From a virus: 64,000 bases of DNA. How positions within the stretch are numbered: position 1 is the first letter of the stretch; the number at the start of each line of letters is the position of its first letter. The translations under genes and the position numbers were made by a program. The DNA is taken from IMG/VR virus record IMGVR_UViG_3300020156_000024; one strand, written 5' to 3'. The notes beneath the pieces are model-generated. The model was given only the letters and a program-made list of their open reading frames with translations. It was not told where the DNA came from and searched no databases. Below are positions 18,259-26,982 of this stretch, in pieces.

Positions 18259-18770
18259 CAGTGGGACCTTTCTGGTTTCGGGCTGAGCGCCTTGTAGGCG
18301 GCGAGGGCGTTGCGGGCCTGGTCGCGTTCGGTCTCGGCTGCGATGAGCCGCTGCTGAAGGTCGGTGCGAGGAGCAAGTTCGCCTTCGGACGCATCGCTCG
18401 GATCGCGTAGGTCAGTCGCGACAATCAGCTCGCAGCCACGGCAGTCGCATTGCGTGCCGTCGGTGTGCCCGAACTGGCGGTGGAGTGCCCGACCGGCTTG
18501 AGTGATGTGGAGGCGCAGCCACTGGATCTCGCCGATCAGCGACTGGTTGAACACGTCTGTGCTGTGGACGGCGGCCCATGCCTCTCTGCGGAGCGTGGCG
18601 CGGGTCCGGTCAGTGAGGCCGGAGGCTTCTTTTTGGTACCTGACGTACAGGTCGTTCAGCCGGGTCGCCTCCGACCGTGCAGATTCCAGGTCGGCCTCCA
18701 ATTCCTCCACTCGCGCCTGGAGCTTCTCGGCATCCGAGTCGAACAGGGTTGGGGTGGTGTCAGCGCTCAT
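18258..18770 (-). CDS. Coiled-coil hypothetical protein
   Basis: Heptad repeats, CDCRGC; start refined to MSADTT. Confidence 0.65.
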   Translation of the reverse strand: MSADTTPTLFDSDAEKLQARVEELEADLESARSEATRLNDLYVRYQKEASGLTDRTRATLRREAWAAVHSTDVFNQSLIGEIQWLRLHITQAGRALHRQFGHTDGTQCDCRGCELIVATDLRDPSDASEGELAPRTDLQQRLIAAETERDQARNALAAYKALSPKPERSH

Positions 18771-19212
18771 CACGAGCTCTCTTTCTTGCCCGTTGTTCTC
18801 GGAGCTTCCGGTTGCGGCAGGTCCTGCAGCTCTTCTCCGTTCCGGGCCTGTTGTTGCGTCGCCGCAGGATCGTGTTTTCCGTCGTGTATTCATGACCCTC
18901 CGGGCAATGTGACGGCCGCGGCTTCCGCCGAATGTTTTCCGTGTGGGTGACCGCTTCCAGGTGCGAAGGTTCGATGCAGTCGCGGTACCGGCAGCCCTTG
19001 GCATAGACGTGATCGACCTCCAGGCCATCGGGTATCGGGCCGATCCACACCTCGTACGCCACGCGATGCGCGCGCAGGTACTTGCCCGCGTTGTAAATGT
19101 CGCCATAACCTTTGGAGTTATGCGATCCGCGCCACCTGAGGCACCCGGTTTCTGTGGGTTCGCTGTTGGCAAGGAGTTTCGCGGCAAGCTTGTCCTTCAG
19201 TTCGGGGTTCAT
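18760..19212 (-). CDS. HNH endonuclease with C-terminal Zn-finger
   Basis: GCLRWRG, RAHRVAYEVWIGPIPDGLEVDH, C...SHLEAVTHTEN, HCPEGHEY..EN...CRTC. Confidence 0.88.
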   Translation of the reverse strand: MNPELKDKLAAKLLANSEPTETGCLRWRGSHNSKGYGDIYNAGKYLRAHRVAYEVWIGPIPDGLEVDHVYAKGCRYRDCIEPSHLEAVTHTENIRRKPRPSHCPEGHEYTTENTILRRRNNRPGTEKSCRTCRNRKLREQRARKRARDER

Positions 19213-19997
19213 CGGCCCGCCTCCTCGTCGAGGTCGACGGTTTCCCACGGTCCGATGTAGCGGTGGACGGTCACTGCCGTTGTGGATCGGCCCATGTGGC
19301 GGGACTGCTCGACGAAGGCGGTGCGGAACTCTTCTGCGGTGTCGCGAGCGTCGGGGCCTTGGATCGGGACGACGCTTCCGCCGCCGATCTGCACGCCCCA
19401 TTCCTCGACCGCCTGTGCGGCTTCAGGCGTCTTCAGTTCACCCGTACCCCTCCCCGAACCCGTCCCGGAGGTTTCAGGCCCGGAGGCGCCCGGCTGGGCG
19501 GCTTCCCGGGGCGCTTCCGGCACAGGGATGGACGGGTAGGTCTCCCGCACCTGATCCCAAGTGGCCCCGTCCTCCAGGAGCGTCGCCACCAGGTACGCCT
19601 GCACTCGGGTGCCCTTCATGCACGGCTCGCCGCCCTGCACGTCAGGATCGACGGTCACCAGGTCGGCCGGGATCACCTCCGACACAAGGGCTTCCGTGTA
19701 GGTCTTGATGTCCTTGGGCGGCCTCCAACCGCCTCGGCATTCGCTCCAGTACTCGTTGTGCTTGTGGTGGCCGGTGTGCCAGGGCTGGCCGCCGATGGTC
19801 GTGGTGGGCACTTCGCAGAGGGCGCAGTAGTCGTCCGTTTCGGGACGTTCCAGCGGCGAGTCCGCGCCCTGGGCGGGCATGTGAGGCATCCCAGAGGCGG
19901 GGGCGGAGTACTCGTCGATCAGGGCTTTAGTCTCGTCGATGAGCGCCTTGGCCTTGGCGAGCTCGTCCCGGACGTATTCGAAGCGTTCGGTGCTCAC
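19209..19997 (-). CDS. Mosaic protein with central DUF433 domain
   Basis: VDPDVQGGEPCMKGTRVQAYLVATLLEDGATWDQVRETYPSI is a typical DUF433 signature. Confidence 0.75.
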   Translation of the reverse strand: MSTERFEYVRDELAKAKALIDETKALIDEYSAPASGMPHMPAQGADSPLERPETDDYCALCEVPTTTIGGQPWHTGHHKHNEYWSECRGGWRPPKDIKTYTEALVSEVIPADLVTVDPDVQGGEPCMKGTRVQAYLVATLLEDGATWDQVRETYPSIPVPEAPREAAQPGASGPETSGTGSGRGTGELKTPEAAQAVEEWGVQIGGGSVVPIQGPDARDTAEEFRTAFVEQSRHMGRSTTAVTVHRYIGPWETVDLDEEAGR

Positions 19998-20554
19998 TGT
20001 CCGTCTCCCTCGCCCAGACCGAGAGCCACGGCGTCAGCGCAAGGCCACAGGGATTCCTTGTAGTCGTGCTCGCAGCCCTCGGCCATCTCGATCGACGCGC
20101 AGTGCGAGCAGACCTCGAAGAACGTCACCGATCGCGGAGTGCCGACACCGTCAAAGCTCGCGTCGGCGGCTTCGGAGTACGTGGCGTAGGAGGTCTCGCC
20201 GTCGTCCGGCGTGTAGCGGCGCTCGGGCTGGTGCAGTGCCCGCGCCTTGTCGAGCTGCCCCTGGAGGTCCCCGACGAGCCCCAGCAGGAACTCGATGTCA
20301 TCCCGGGCGTGCAGCGCGAGGGTCGCGTCCTGGCCGTCCTCGTCGTCAGCCGTGGTGACCGTGAGCGGGCCCGTGCCGCCGACTGTGGCGGCCACGAGGT
20401 CGCCCATGCTGTTCACGAAGCGCCCACGGTCGCCGCCGGAGACGGAGGCGCGGAGCGTCGAGCCGCCTTCATGGACATTCAAGGTGGTGCCAGTCGAGGC
20501 GGCGGCCAGGCGCGCGCGGATCTCCTCGACGCGCTCGGTGGACGGGACCGTCAT
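19994..20554 (-). CDS. Hypothetical phage protein with C-terminal Cys motif
   Basis: ALH.P...CSHCAS...WPC...ALG, shared with 63210..63788. Confidence 0.7.
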   Translation of the reverse strand: MTVPSTERVEEIRARLAAASTGTTLNVHEGGSTLRASVSGGDRGRFVNSMGDLVAATVGGTGPLTVTTADDEDGQDATLALHARDDIEFLLGLVGDLQGQLDKARALHQPERRYTPDDGETSYATYSEAADASFDGVGTPRSVTFFEVCSHCASIEMAEGCEHDYKESLWPCADAVALGLGEGDGQ

Positions 20555-20808
20555 CGCGACACCCCAGATTCGTTGGCGGCCAGCGCCTCGTCATCGACGA
20601 TCACGGGGATCGTCGAGCTCGTCGTCACCCATCCGTCGCAGACGTACAGCCGCTTGCCCTTCTCCAGGGCGTACCGGATCACCGTGATCTTGTCGGCGGC
20701 GACGCGGACTTCCTTGACGTGGGTGAGGTCGGTGATGCCGAGCGCTTGGATTGCGGCCTGCGCCTGTTCGAACCCGATCACGATCGGGTCGTTGTCTTCG
20801 GTGGTCAC
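20551..20808 (-). CDS. Small hypothetical phage protein
   Basis: Coupled; similar to 9816..10055. Confidence 0.7.
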   Translation of the reverse strand: MTTEDNDPIVIGFEQAQAAIQALGITDLTHVKEVRVAADKITVIRYALEKGKRLYVCDGWVTTSSTIPVIVDDEALAANESGVSR

Positions 20809-20809
20809 G

Positions 20810-21142
20810 TCAGTGCTCCTCAGAGGTGGGACGGGACAGGGACTGGCGGGCGCGGATCATGTTGCGGACATGGAGGGCGGCACCCTGGACCCCGGCGGCG
20901 ATCCAAGGCCCCTCAGCGGTTCCACGGCCCACGCGGGCGTTGGTCGCGGCGAGCTCGTCGAGAGCGGTAGCGGCCGATTCGAGAGCAGCGACGGTGAGCA
21001 GCGACTCGACGGCGGCCACGACAGCGCGGGCGACTTTCTCGCGCGAGCCCTCGTTGATCAGGGTGAGTTCCGAGTCGAACTCAGCGGCGTCGAGCGCTTC
21101 GGCAGCGGCCCGTTCGGCCGGGTTCAGCGGTTGGGTGGACAT
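20810..21142 (-). CDS. Hypothetical phage protein
   Basis: Starts MSTQP within a 19-bp repeat, TGATG coupling. Confidence 0.65.
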   Translation of the reverse strand: MSTQPLNPAERAAAEALDAAEFDSELTLINEGSREKVARAVVAAVESLLTVAALESAATALDELAATNARVGRGTAEGPWIAAGVQGAALHVRNMIRARQSLSRPTSEEH

Positions 21143-21594
21143 CAGCACGGCTCCTGGTCTGCGGTCTGGGTCTTGCGGACCTCGGCGAGATATGCCATCA
21201 GCACGGGGTGGGGGATGCGCTCACGGCAGTCCGGGCCGATCCCCAGGACTCGTGAAGCGCCGTCCTTGAGGGCTCGCCCGCAGTTGCAGCAGTGGCCCGT
21301 GGCCTTCGCGAACTCGTGCTGGGCGGTGAGCGGGCTCACGGCGATCGCGTCCTGGACGCGGCGCGCCCAACCGGTCCACTCGTCGAAGTAGGCGCGCATC
21401 CACTCCTGGAATTCGGGCCCGCCCTTCGGGCTCGGTGCGTCCTTCCGGAGCGGGCGGGGCGGGCCGTACCAGGCCGTCTTCGGGTGCGGGTGGACGCCAC
21501 CGTTCTTCACGCGCCAGCAGGTCATCGTCGAGTCGTCGTCCGGGTCGAGTACGGCGTAATAGCCGTCAGCGAGCTGCGGTTGGGTGGACATCAG
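21127..21594. repeat. 19-bp perfect direct repeat GCGGTTGGGTGGACATCAG at 21127-21145 and 21576-21594
   Basis: Read directly; each copy spans a stop/start junction (TGATG) and the codons for MSTQP. Confidence 0.9.
21142..21591 (-). CDS. DUF6011-domain protein
   Basis: GHCCNCGRALKDGASRVLGIGPDC motif. Confidence 0.75.
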   Translation of the reverse strand: MSTQPQLADGYYAVLDPDDDSTMTCWRVKNGGVHPHPKTAWYGPPRPLRKDAPSPKGGPEFQEWMRAYFDEWTGWARRVQDAIAVSPLTAQHEFAKATGHCCNCGRALKDGASRVLGIGPDCRERIPHPVLMAYLAEVRKTQTADQEPC

Positions 21595-22073
21595 GCACCA
21601 CCCTCGGACTCGGCTCCGGGGCCGTACGTGTGCCACGCGAACGACAGGGCCATGCAGATCTCGTCCTTCATGTGCCAGACCGCTTCGTTCCAGCCGCGGG
21701 CCGCGTCGTTGTCGGCCTCGTTGTCGGTCTTCGCGTCGACGCCCTTCACTGCGAGCGCCGCGGCGAGCGCCTTGATCACCTCGCCGACAGGGACGAGGTC
21801 GATCTGAGTGGCGCCGTTGTGGCCGTGGACGGTCTTGACGTCCTGGATGCTGTCCCACACGCAGGTCTGCGCGACGCCGGTCGTGCCGCCGCGCCAGCGG
21901 GTCACGGTCTTGCCGCCGACGAAGCGGACGCCGTCGGCGACGATCCCGGTGCCGGAGACGCCGGTGATGTCCTCGGTGCGGCGCAGCACGAACGGCATCA
22001 CGGTGTTGGTGAAGTCGGCGATCCACGCGGACGCCTGCTCGGGGGTCGGGTTGTCGCTGTTGTCGTAGGTCAT
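21591..22073 (-). CDS. Conserved hypothetical actinophage protein
   Basis: FVLRRTEDITGVSGTGIVADGVRF...HGHNGATQI. Confidence 0.75.
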   Translation of the reverse strand: MTYDNSDNPTPEQASAWIADFTNTVMPFVLRRTEDITGVSGTGIVADGVRFVGGKTVTRWRGGTTGVAQTCVWDSIQDVKTVHGHNGATQIDLVPVGEVIKALAAALAVKGVDAKTDNEADNDAARGWNEAVWHMKDEICMALSFAWHTYGPGAESEGGA

Positions 22074-22086
22074 GGGTTGTTACTCC

Positions 22087-22437
22087 TTACGGGAACGGGA
22101 CAGGGGTGGAGGCGCCGTCGAAGTCGTCGGCGACATGCCGCAGCAGGGTCGCGGCCCCGGTGTATCCGGTCGCTTCGATCCGGTCAGCGAACCACCGGGC
22201 GTACGCGGCGGAAGCGTGGTCGAGCATCCCGGCGGACGGGGCGGCAGCAACCTCGTCGCGCCGGGCACGGAGGCGGGCGATAGCGTCGTCGGCCGTCAGG
22301 CCGTCCAGGTCCGAGTCGAACGCGGACAGGTAGTCCACGGCCTCGCTGTAGACCTCGGGCCGGAACACCGCCATTGCCGTGTCGTGCGGGTTCGGGGCCG
22401 GTCGGGTGGTGGGTTCGGTCGCGTAGCGGTCGCTCAT
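22087..22437 (-). CDS. Hypothetical phage protein
   Basis: ATGA coupling; start refined to MSDRY. Confidence 0.6.
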   Translation of the reverse strand: MSDRYATEPTTRPAPNPHDTAMAVFRPEVYSEAVDYLSAFDSDLDGLTADDAIARLRARRDEVAAAPSAGMLDHASAAYARWFADRIEATGYTGAATLLRHVADDFDGASTPVPFP

Positions 22438-22655
22438 CGGGGGTTCCCTTCGTTGGTGGAGAGGTTGGCGAGGAAGTCGGCGGCGAGACCGCCGAAGTCC
22501 GTGGGTTCGACCGCGGCGCCGGCGTGCTCCCACCACGTCGCCCACGCGTGCCCGCAGTAGCAGCGGTACGTCGCCTTCCCAGTCGACTCGTCCCACGACG
22601 TGGCTTCGTTGTCCCGGCGCAGGCAGCGCGGGCACCCGTCCTTGCGGCCGGTCAT
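22434..22655 (-). CDS. Small Zn-ribbon protein
   Basis: CPRC...YRCYCGHAWATWW. Confidence 0.65.
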   Translation of the reverse strand: MTGRKDGCPRCLRRDNEATSWDESTGKATYRCYCGHAWATWWEHAGAAVEPTDFGGLAADFLANLSTNEGNPR

Positions 22656-24061
22656 CGGGTCGCTCCGAAGTCATCGAAGTGCGCCATGGACGCGAACCGG
22701 GCGACGTGCAGCTGCGCGGCGAGCGGGATGGTGCCCTGCGCGCCGTGGCGGTGCTTGGCGACGATGAGGTCCGCTTCGCCTTTGCGGACGGTGTTCTGGT
22801 TGGTGGCCTCCTCGCGGTGCAGGAGGAAGATCACGGCGGCGTCAGCTTCGAGCGCCCCGGATTCGCGCAGGTCGGAGATTTGCGGCAGCTTGTCGGCGCG
22901 CTGCGTCGGGCCCCGGTTGAGCTGCGCGGCCACCAGGATCGGAATGTCTAGCTGGGACGCGAGGACTTTCAGGCCGCGAGAGATCGCGGCGATTTCGTTC
23001 TCACGAGACTGGGACTTCGGGCCCTTCACGAGCTGCAAATAGTCGATGACGAGGAGCCGGAGGCCATGGCGGCGCTTCCACCGGCGGGCGAGTGCCTGGA
23101 TGGACGCGAGCGACTGGTCGGTGTTGTGGTCGACCCAGAAGGGCGCGTCGGCGGACATGCCGGCCTGCTGCGCGAGTTTCGACCAAGCGTGGTCGGTGAG
23201 TTTCCCGGTGTTTAGTTCCTTCAAGGGGATCGCCAGGCGGGAGGAGATGACCCGGTTGTAGATCTCGGGGCGTTTCATCTCCAACGACGCCACCAGGGTC
23301 GGCATGTTGAGGTCGAGGCCGACGTGCGCGGCGATCTGCATCGAGAGGGTCGACTTGCCGTCGCCGGGGCGGCCGCCGACGATGACGAGGTCGCCAGGGC
23401 GGAGCCCGTGGATGAGCCCGTCCAGGTCCCCGAGGCCGGTGGGGATCGCACGTATCGCGGCGGGGTCGTCGGCGGCTTCGATAGCTTCCATGCCTTCGGT
23501 AACCATGTCGGCCCACCGGACCGGGCCGTCGTCGGTGTCGGGTTCGTCGAGGCTGTCGAGGCGGCGGCGGATCTCGTCGAGCTTCGTGTCGGCGTCGGTG
23601 GGGGTGGCGACGACCTGCGCGACGCCGGCTGCGAACGCGGCGAGACCGCGGCGGCGCGCCATCTCGGCAACTCGGAGCGCGTACCAGGTGGCGGAAGGCC
23701 CGGCGGGTGCTTCCGCGAGGAGGTGCGCGATGTACTCGCCGCCGCCGGCGCGGATGAGCTCGTTCGAGTCGACGAGTTTCGACACCACGGAAGCGGGACT
23801 GACCGGGGCGCCTGCCGCGTGGAGCGTGTGGAGGGCACTCCAGATCAGGCCGTGGCGGTGGGCATCGAAGTCGTTGGCGGTCAGCTGGATCTCGTCGAGG
23901 AGCGAGCCGTTCGCGATGCACGCTCCGAGGACCGCGGACTCAGCGCCGTGGTCGGCGAGGGTGGGCTTCTCGGCGCCGCGGTCGCCGATTGGGCGGCCGT
24001 CAGCGAGGATGCCGTTGGCGGGCTGCTTTTCGAAGTCGCCCCACACGTCGGTGTCGGTCAT
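22652..24061 (-). CDS. dnaB: Replicative DNA helicase (DnaB family)
   Basis: AESAVLG N-domain, GGRPGDGKST Walker A, VIDYLQL, AAQLNRG, SDLRESGALEADA, VAKHRHG. Confidence 0.95.
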   Translation of the reverse strand: MTDTDVWGDFEKQPANGILADGRPIGDRGAEKPTLADHGAESAVLGACIANGSLLDEIQLTANDFDAHRHGLIWSALHTLHAAGAPVSPASVVSKLVDSNELIRAGGGEYIAHLLAEAPAGPSATWYALRVAEMARRRGLAAFAAGVAQVVATPTDADTKLDEIRRRLDSLDEPDTDDGPVRWADMVTEGMEAIEAADDPAAIRAIPTGLGDLDGLIHGLRPGDLVIVGGRPGDGKSTLSMQIAAHVGLDLNMPTLVASLEMKRPEIYNRVISSRLAIPLKELNTGKLTDHAWSKLAQQAGMSADAPFWVDHNTDQSLASIQALARRWKRRHGLRLLVIDYLQLVKGPKSQSRENEIAAISRGLKVLASQLDIPILVAAQLNRGPTQRADKLPQISDLRESGALEADAAVIFLLHREEATNQNTVRKGEADLIVAKHRHGAQGTIPLAAQLHVARFASMAHFDDFGATR

Positions 24062-24648
24062 TGCTTCCTCCGGTCGGTGCCGTTGAGCACGACCACACGG
24101 CACATACCGAACAGTCGTGACGGGATGCGGGGGTCCATGCGCTCGGCCATGTCGTCGGGGCCGAGGTTCGAGGTGAAGATCGTGGGGAGCAGGTTGTCCC
24201 AGCGGGTGTTGATGAGGTCTTCGATGACACCGGAGTTCCACGACGTGATGTGGGTGGCGCCGAGGTCGTCGAGGACGAGGAGATCGGCGGTGAAGAACCG
24301 GTCGGTGCCGTCCCCGCCGGGGCGGGCGTCGTTGAGGAGCCGCGCGTGCGTAGTGGTGGCGACCTGCTTCAGGACGCCCCGGGCGGCGAGTCCGCGGACG
24401 ACGTACTGCAGGGCGGCGTAGGCGTTCCCGGTCTTGCCGGTGCCGACCTCACCCCCGAGGAGCAGCGAGCCGGAGGAGCCGTCGATCGCGTCGTCAGCCC
24501 AAGCTTTGACGGCCGGGTGTTCGATCTGGTAGCCGCGGTAGCGGGCCGGGATGTGGTTGGCGACGATGTGCTCGGCCTGCTCCAAGCGGAGCGCGGCCAT
24601 GTCGGCGTGGTGCACCGACGTCGGTTCGTTGGTGGGTTCGCTGGTCAT
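24058..24648 (-). CDS. DnaC/IstB-like ATPase (helicase loader)
   Basis: GEVGTGKT Walker A, LLVLDDLG Walker B, TIFTSNL, RIPSRLF. Confidence 0.88.
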   Translation of the reverse strand: MTSEPTNEPTSVHHADMAALRLEQAEHIVANHIPARYRGYQIEHPAVKAWADDAIDGSSGSLLLGGEVGTGKTGNAYAALQYVVRGLAARGVLKQVATTTHARLLNDARPGGDGTDRFFTADLLVLDDLGATHITSWNSGVIEDLINTRWDNLLPTIFTSNLGPDDMAERMDPRIPSRLFGMCRVVVLNGTDRRKQ

Positions 24649-25562
24649 GAGGTTCCCTTCAGGTCCCACTTGTTGATCTGCTCGGGGGCCGAGACCTTGC
24701 TCGCCCCGACAGCGGGCTTCGCGGCGTGGGTCTTCGGGCGGTATCCGGATTCGGAGAGGAAGCTGTCGAGCTGGGCCGGGTTGCCGGTCATGCCCTTGTC
24801 GAGCATTCGAGTGAGGGCGGCCTGGATTTCGGTGGCCGTGTACTTGTCATCGAGCGCCTTCGCGATGGCTTTGCCCCAGCGGGCTTTGACGCTGGAGGCG
24901 AGCTTGATTTCGGCCTGCGTGCACTGGTCGATCCAGTTGCGGTTGATCTGGCCGCCGTTCAGCGGCGGCGGCGGGGGCATCTCCACGTCGAACAGCGCTT
25001 CGGCCTCAGGTGGCGGCGCGTCAGCGACGCCCCCCGTAGGGGGAAGGTGAGCTTGATAAGTAGATGAACTCTTGTGTCCGCCACGCGGACTGTCACTGTC
25101 CGCCACGCGGACACCTGACTGTCCGCCACGCGGACCCTCAGGGGCGGATGACTGTCCGCCACGCGGACTGTCCGCCACGCGGACACCAGTGTCAGTGGAG
25201 TGCTCGCTACCGTCTGTGACTTTCGGACGGGCCTTGCGCACCCGCTGCGGCTTCGGCGAGTGCTCCAGGTCGCCGATCGCGAGCTGATAGCGGGTACGGC
25301 GACCCGACCCCAGGGACTCGGCGGTCGTGGGGCGGTCGCGTTTGATCCAGCCCGACTCCTCCAGGACCGTGAGCCACTCGGCCACGGCTGATTTCGACAG
25401 GCCGGAGCGGCGCACGAGGTCGTCCAGGGACGGCGTGAACCGTTCGGGGATCTCTGCGGTCTCGGCGTCCGCGGCGCTAATGAGCACGAACATCACCAGC
25501 CTCGCGTTCGGGGCCATGTGCGAGGCCTGGATCGCGTCGTTGACTTCCCACTTCGATGGCAC
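24645..25562 (-). CDS. Phage replication initiator (N-terminal wHTH, internal iterons)
   Basis: PSLDDLVRRSGLSKSAVAEWLTVLEESGWIKR wHTH; upstream of loader and helicase; internal repeats as in lambda O. Confidence 0.8.
   Translation of the reverse strand: MPSKWEVNDAIQASHMAPNARLVMFVLISAADAETAEIPERFTPSLDDLVRRSGLSKSAVAEWLTVLEESGWIKRDRPTTAESLGSGRRTRYQLAIGDLEHSPKPQRVRKARPKVTDGSEHSTDTGVRVADSPRGGQSSAPEGPRGGQSGVRVADSDSPRGGHKSSSTYQAHLPPTGGVADAPPPEAEALFDVEMPPPPPLNGGQINRNWIDQCTQAEIKLASSVKARWGKAIAKALDDKYTATEIQAALTRMLDKGMTGNPAQLDSFLSESGYRPKTHAAKPAVGASKVSAPEQINKWDLKGTS
25075..25184. repeat. Five 16-bp iterons TGTCCGCCACGCGGAC (putative replication origin)
   Basis: Copies at 25075, 25097, 25120, 25153, 25169; each has internal symmetry GTCCGC-CAC-GCGGAC. 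Confidence 0.9.
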
Positions 25563-25700
25563 TCAGCCCTCCCCCGCCGCTTGTCGGTACAACATGATGC
25601 AGACAGTGTATGCCGAAAGAGTCTGCCGAAGCAAGCGGCATACTGATTCTGCTTTGAGCAGGGCTTCCGTGTATGCATTCGCATGTGGCATACTGTGTCC

Positions 25701-25922
25701 ATGGACAGCACCGAGCTGAAAGACGTCGCAGACGCCTACCACCGCGCCAAAAAGCGGTACGAGGAGCGTCGTGACGTGCTGCGGGACGCCGTCCGAGCCG
25801 CCGACAAGGCAGGGCTGAGGCAATTCGAGATCGTCGCTGCGACAGGTCTCACGCGCGACTACATCCGCAAGATCATCAACCCCGAGCTCGTCAAGCCGAA
25901 GTCGAAGCGCGCCGCCTCCTAG
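25701..25922 (+). CDS. Small HTH protein, inverted within the early operon
   Basis: AGLRQFEIVAATGLTRDYIRKII HTH; CATACT 6 nt before ATG 25701. Confidence 0.7.
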   Translation: MDSTELKDVADAYHRAKKRYEERRDVLRDAVRAADKAGLRQFEIVAATGLTRDYIRKIINPELVKPKSKRAAS

Positions 25923-26365
25923 CCCCATCCCGACTCCCCAATGTCGGTGATAAGCAGCTGCACGAGACCGCGCGGGTACCGCTTCTTGTCGACGGGCTCC
26001 CCGATCTGGAGGAACGGCCCGTCCAGGTACGTCGGTTCGTCATCCCAGACCAGCCCGTACCCCGGGGCGTCGACCTCCTTGCCGCGCTTGTTGATGTGGG
26101 TCTTGTCCCGGCACAAGCCGTCCATGACGCCTTTCATCGTGGGCTCGTAATTGAGCGCGTCGCGGTGGTGGCGAGTGGTGAACCGGAGCATGGCGTCGAC
26201 GCGGACCCGGCCGAGACCCTTGGGTAGGTTCGCCTGACGGGCTCGGAGCACGGTCGTCCTCCGCCACTCCTTGACGAGCTTCGCCTTCGGCGCCCAATGC
26301 ATCCGGGAGTTCGAGTTCACCCAGTCGCAGGGCGCGGGAATGAGGAGCGTCCAACGTTCAGCCAT
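25919..26365 (-). CDS. RusA-like Holliday junction resolvase
   Basis: NSNSRMHW, RDALNYEPTMKGVMDGL, GLVWDD motifs. Confidence 0.8.
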   Translation of the reverse strand: MAERWTLLIPAPCDWVNSNSRMHWAPKAKLVKEWRRTTVLRARQANLPKGLGRVRVDAMLRFTTRHHRDALNYEPTMKGVMDGLCRDKTHINKRGKEVDAPGYGLVWDDEPTYLDGPFLQIGEPVDKKRYPRGLVQLLITDIGESGWG

Positions 26366-26747
26366 GGGACGACTCCTTGACGTCGATGACGGGAATGTGG
26401 GCGGCCAGCGCGAGACGGCGGCAGTGCGCGGTGCCGGACCCGCCGGCGAAGGCGACGAGGTAGTGCCCGCCGAGCGACACCATGTGCTTGTTCCGGATTG
26501 GGCCCGCGGCGTTGCCGTGCGTGTCCCAGTCAGCGGGGTGGGCTTCGGTGCGCCAGCCGAGCTTCACGGCCTCCTCAGTGGCGAGCGTGTCGGCTCCCGT
26601 GGCGGCACCGTGCACGAGGACGATCTGCTCAGGTGCGACGCCGAAGATGAAGTGCGCGCCGAGGTGGGAGAGTGCGCGGGCGACGGCGGCGCGGTTGGTG
26701 TAGTCGCGGCCGCCGGTCACCAGGACACGGATCAGAGGCTCAGCCAC
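26358..26747 (-). CDS. SLOG/YspA-like (DUF2493) protein
   Basis: VLVTGGRDY, LVHGAATGAD, ADW...AAGPIRN, AFAGGSGT. Confidence 0.85.
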   Translation of the reverse strand: MAEPLIRVLVTGGRDYTNRAAVARALSHLGAHFIFGVAPEQIVLVHGAATGADTLATEEAVKLGWRTEAHPADWDTHGNAAGPIRNKHMVSLGGHYLVAFAGGSGTAHCRRLALAAHIPVIDVKESSHG

Positions 26748-26982
26748 GGTGCACCGCCGGGTCTTTCGGGCAGCAGACGCTGATGTCTTGGTAGTGCTCG
26801 TACAGGTCGACGCAGACGACGCACAGCCGCCACTCCTCGTCGTCCGCGACCCACTCGGCCGCGGCGATGTTGGTGCCGCAGAACGCGGTGTCGAAGTCGC
26901 AGCAGCACGCGACGTGGTCGAGCCCTTCGGGCCCGGTGCCTGTGGCCTCGGGCGACGCGGCGGTGAAGATCTCAACGGTCAC
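26740..26982 (-). CDS. Small Cys-rich protein
   Basis: HVACCCD...FCG...CVVC. Confidence 0.6.
   Translation of the reverse strand: MTVEIFTAASPEATGTGPEGLDHVACCCDFDTAFCGTNIAAAEWVADDEEWRLCVVCVDLYEHYQDISVCCPKDPAVHRG

Noticed and set aside
14660-24660. Recurrent GAAGGGAACC motif at gene junctions (14660, 22441, 24650)
   Set aside because: Explained as Shine-Dalgarno sequences at coupled gene boundaries rather than stoperator-like sites
25075-25184. Repeat array as a mini-CRISPR
   Set aside because: Gaps of 0-17 bp, inside a coding gene, no cas genes; fits iterons
25563-25928. 121-aa minus-strand ORF bridging rusA and rep
   Set aside because: Fully overlaps the plus-strand HTH gene and the promoter region; no recognisable features
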